DNA of 63,031 bases, counting the filler, from Stramenopiles sp. TOSAG23-6 (taxonomy: Eukaryota): the NCBI GenBank assembly GCA_900128565.1. It is 49 parts of 49 records of this genome, joined end to end, with 100 filler letters (N's around TTAATTAATTAA, not from the genome) between each part and the next. Parts side by side here need not be neighbours in the genome. Positions count along the whole stretch, not along the records: positions 60,585 to 61,758 come from LT639537.1; positions 61,859 to 63,031 come from LT639538.1; 47 more parts are not named here. The stretch is one strand, 5' to 3'. Shown piece after piece: positions 60,585-63,031 of the stretch. Position 1 is the stretch's first letter. Each line of letters begins with the position of its first letter. Position numbers and translations under genes: made by a program. The notes under the pieces are model-generated. The model was given only the letters and a program-made list of their open reading frames with translations, did no database searches and had not been told where the DNA came from.

Positions 60585-61758
60585 CCGCCACAAGTCTTAG
60601 AGCATGTGCTATATTCACCATAACCTCCGACGCAGTCGACCGGTCGAGGAACAGTGCAGCACATTCTATTAGAACAAGTATTCTCAGGACATCGAATAGT
60701 CTTGGGTTTAGCATGCAAGCTATTTACAATATCTTGCGAACAATCAAATGGCTTCGGATTTGATGGGCTTGCTTCAGTATTAGCACACGTGTGAAGGACA
60801 ACGGTACAGCAGATGGAACCATCACATGCCCCTTTTCCGTTATCTGCACACTTGACATCTTTTGGAGTTGCAGTCAAATCATGGTCATGATTCTTGCAAG
60901 AGTAAGGAGTCGGAGTTCCATCGCCATCGATGTCGTTACATGTTCTTACAGTGGATGGTGTCACCGTACAACATGTTGTAGCATTACAATTTTCAGTACA
61001 TTGAACGGTTTCGGGTTGTGCATCCAACTCTTTTGCTTCATTTGCACAGTCGAAGGCTACTGGATTTGCTGTACATTCTTTACCGGAGCAAGTTATTGCA
61101 CTAGGCGTTAAACTTATTGCCTTTTCCTCATTAGAACAGTCAAATGGAGTTTTCAAGTCTCCTCCTAGCGCATTTCTATCAGCACATGTCCTAGGTATTG
61201 GCGTGACTGTACAGCAAAGTGACTCCAAACAAGTCTCTTCTTGTGCGCATTTGATCTTTTCAGGTTCATTAGATAGATTCTTTGCATTATTAGAACAGTC
61301 GAAAGCGTTTGAAATACCGTTCGCTGCAGGATCAGCACATGTTCTTTGGAACCGAGTGCAGCATTCCTTTGCTGTACATTGAAGCGCGTCTTCTGTACAT
61401 TTAATATCGCTTGGATTTTTATCAAGTAGTTTCTTACCACTTGTAAGTGTGGCACAATCAAAAGCTGTACCATCAGATTTACCATCTGCATCACGATCGC
61501 TACAAGTTCGTTGTGGTGGTGTAACAGTACAACATAAGTCCATTGTACAGCGCTTGTTATTGCATCGAACTTTTTCTGGTTCTGGATGCAACGTCTTTGG
61601 GTGGCCAGCACAGTCGACTGCATTATCGCTATCTGTGTTACCAATGGCATCTGGATCCAAACAGGTACGACGAAGTCGAGTACAACATTCAGCGGCGGTA
61701 CAGTTAAGCGCAGAGCAGATTTTGGATGTCGGTTTTGTCATCAGCGTCCTTGTTTCTT
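60585..61758 (-). CDS. Extracellular Cys-rich repeat protein ending in a TSP1-like domain
   Basis: ~45-aa RTC..FDC..C..C..CCT repeats; PVDCVGGYGEYSTCSKTCG. Confidence 0.8.
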
Positions 61759-61979
61759 NNNNNNNNNNNNNNNNNNNNNNNNNNNNNNNNNNNNNNNNNN
61801 NNTTAATTAATTAANNNNNNNNNNNNNNNNNNNNNNNNNNNNNNNNNNNNNNNNNNNNTACGAAAAAATTCGAAAACGAATCTTGTCCAATTTCAAATGT
61901 AGTTTTTTTTTTTTAATTTTTTTTTTTAAATTTTTGTATCTAAAATATATATATATTCAATATATATTCTACAACACAT

Positions 61980-62941
61980 CTATTTTACATGAGGAACGAG
62001 ATGTAAGAAGTCTTGATGTTCAAATAAGACCAAAAAATCAAATTCATTTTGAATCATTCACATTTCACGAAATGCATACAACAATTTCATTTTGTTCAAG
62101 TAAAAAATCTAAAAAATCTTCAGAAAAAATTCAACATTTAAAAAATAATCAAAATTGTAGTCACGCGAGTCATAAAACATCAGTCTTAGGTGTGCTTTCA
62201 AGGATTACGGATGCAAACATTAAACTTGAAGGTATCTATATGATTCATGTCTTAATCACGTCAAATAGATTATTAGAAGTTGTAAACCAACATTATCATA
62301 GCCAATTTAAAAAACAAATGAGTCGACTTCTTGCAAGTTTAGAAGTATTAGGGAATCCAAGTGCTTTACTATCTAGTTTACATACTGGAGCAAGTGATTT
62401 CATAAAGGAACCGATGAGAGGCGCTGCTCAAAGTGGACTTGGTTTAGCACGAGGTGTTGCGAAAGGTACAGCCAGTTTAGCTCGTCATGTTTCTGGAGGT
62501 CTATCACGTTTTGGATCAGATTTAACTGGGAATTTATCCAATGCATTATCTCATGTATCCTTTGATGAGGATTACATTGCAATTCATTCAGGTCGATCTC
62601 GAGCCTCAAATATTGGAGATGGGCTTGTTATTGGTGCTAAAAATCTCGCTAGTGGTTTGTTTCAAGGTGTTACTGGTGTAGTTACTCAACCATATAAAGG
62701 AGCAATGAAAGAAGGTGGTGTAGGATTTGTTAAAGGTGTTGGAAAAGGTTTAATTGGTCTCCCAATCAAATCACTTGCTGGTGCATCTGGAATGGTTTCA
62801 AATGCTTTAGATGGAGTTTCAGCGTCAAGTAAAAATTCACAAGACAAAAAAAGAAAAAATTTGGCTCAAACAGAACAAATTCGACGATGTAGAATGGTAT
62901 ATGGTCCAAATAGATCTTTAAAAACATATTCAAATGAAGAT
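61980..62941 (+). CDS. VPS13: VPS13-like C-terminal (ATG_C) region
   Basis: LASLEVLGNP..L.TG..DF..EP..GA, SFDEDY, GVTGVVTQP..GA..EG..GF.KGVGKGLIGL. Confidence 0.93.
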
Positions 62942-63031
62942 GTATGTTTTATTTTTTTTTGATTTTTTTTTTTTTGATTTTTTTTTTCCGTACGAAATTT
63001 TGTACCTAACGATTTTTTTTTTTTTTTGAAT

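Noticed and set aside
1-63031. Reassigned stop codons
   Set aside because: TAA, TAG and TGA all end recognisable genes, and exons are open in the standard code once the elements are removed

Overview
This is not a contiguous locus. It is about 49 short (~1.2 kb) contigs of an AT-rich eukaryote, joined by artificial N44-45/TTAATTAATTAA/N44-45 linkers and sorted by decreasing length. The organism uses the standard code, carries TTAGGG-type repeats, and has flagellar and spliceosomal genes; the taxon cannot be determined from this window. Recognisable gene fragments include THOC5, UTP20, UPF2, UBE2H/UBC8, PP2A-A, glucosidase II, ETFDH, CDC27, a two-pore channel, a CNBD K+ channel, EF-Ts, TPS, U2SURP, a TTLL, ZnT9, TSEN54, FANCD2, IQCG and VPS13, plus a 5S rRNA and an intron-containing tRNA-Arg(TCG). 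Main result: genes are interrupted by one family of ~100-130 nt introner-like repeats (GTATGTTTT..TTCGAA..TTCGTACGAAATTTTGTACCTAAC..GAAATATTTTTCCAAAATAC+NN), always sense to the host gene. They have a U2-type donor and branch point but mostly lack the 3' AG. Restoring conserved reading frames requires GT-AT introns: by manual count about 28 of ~36 complete copies end in AT (three of these start ATACGT), a few end in TT or AA, and only two clearly end in AG. The acceptor dinucleotide looks like a 2-bp target-site duplication. This points to transposon-driven mass gain of non-canonical introns and a spliceosome tolerant of non-AG acceptors; that is inference and needs RNA-seq. Secondary signals: frequent in-frame TTAGGG micro-insertions, exonic remnants of the element core, and Ly6/uPAR-like Cys-rich proteins.
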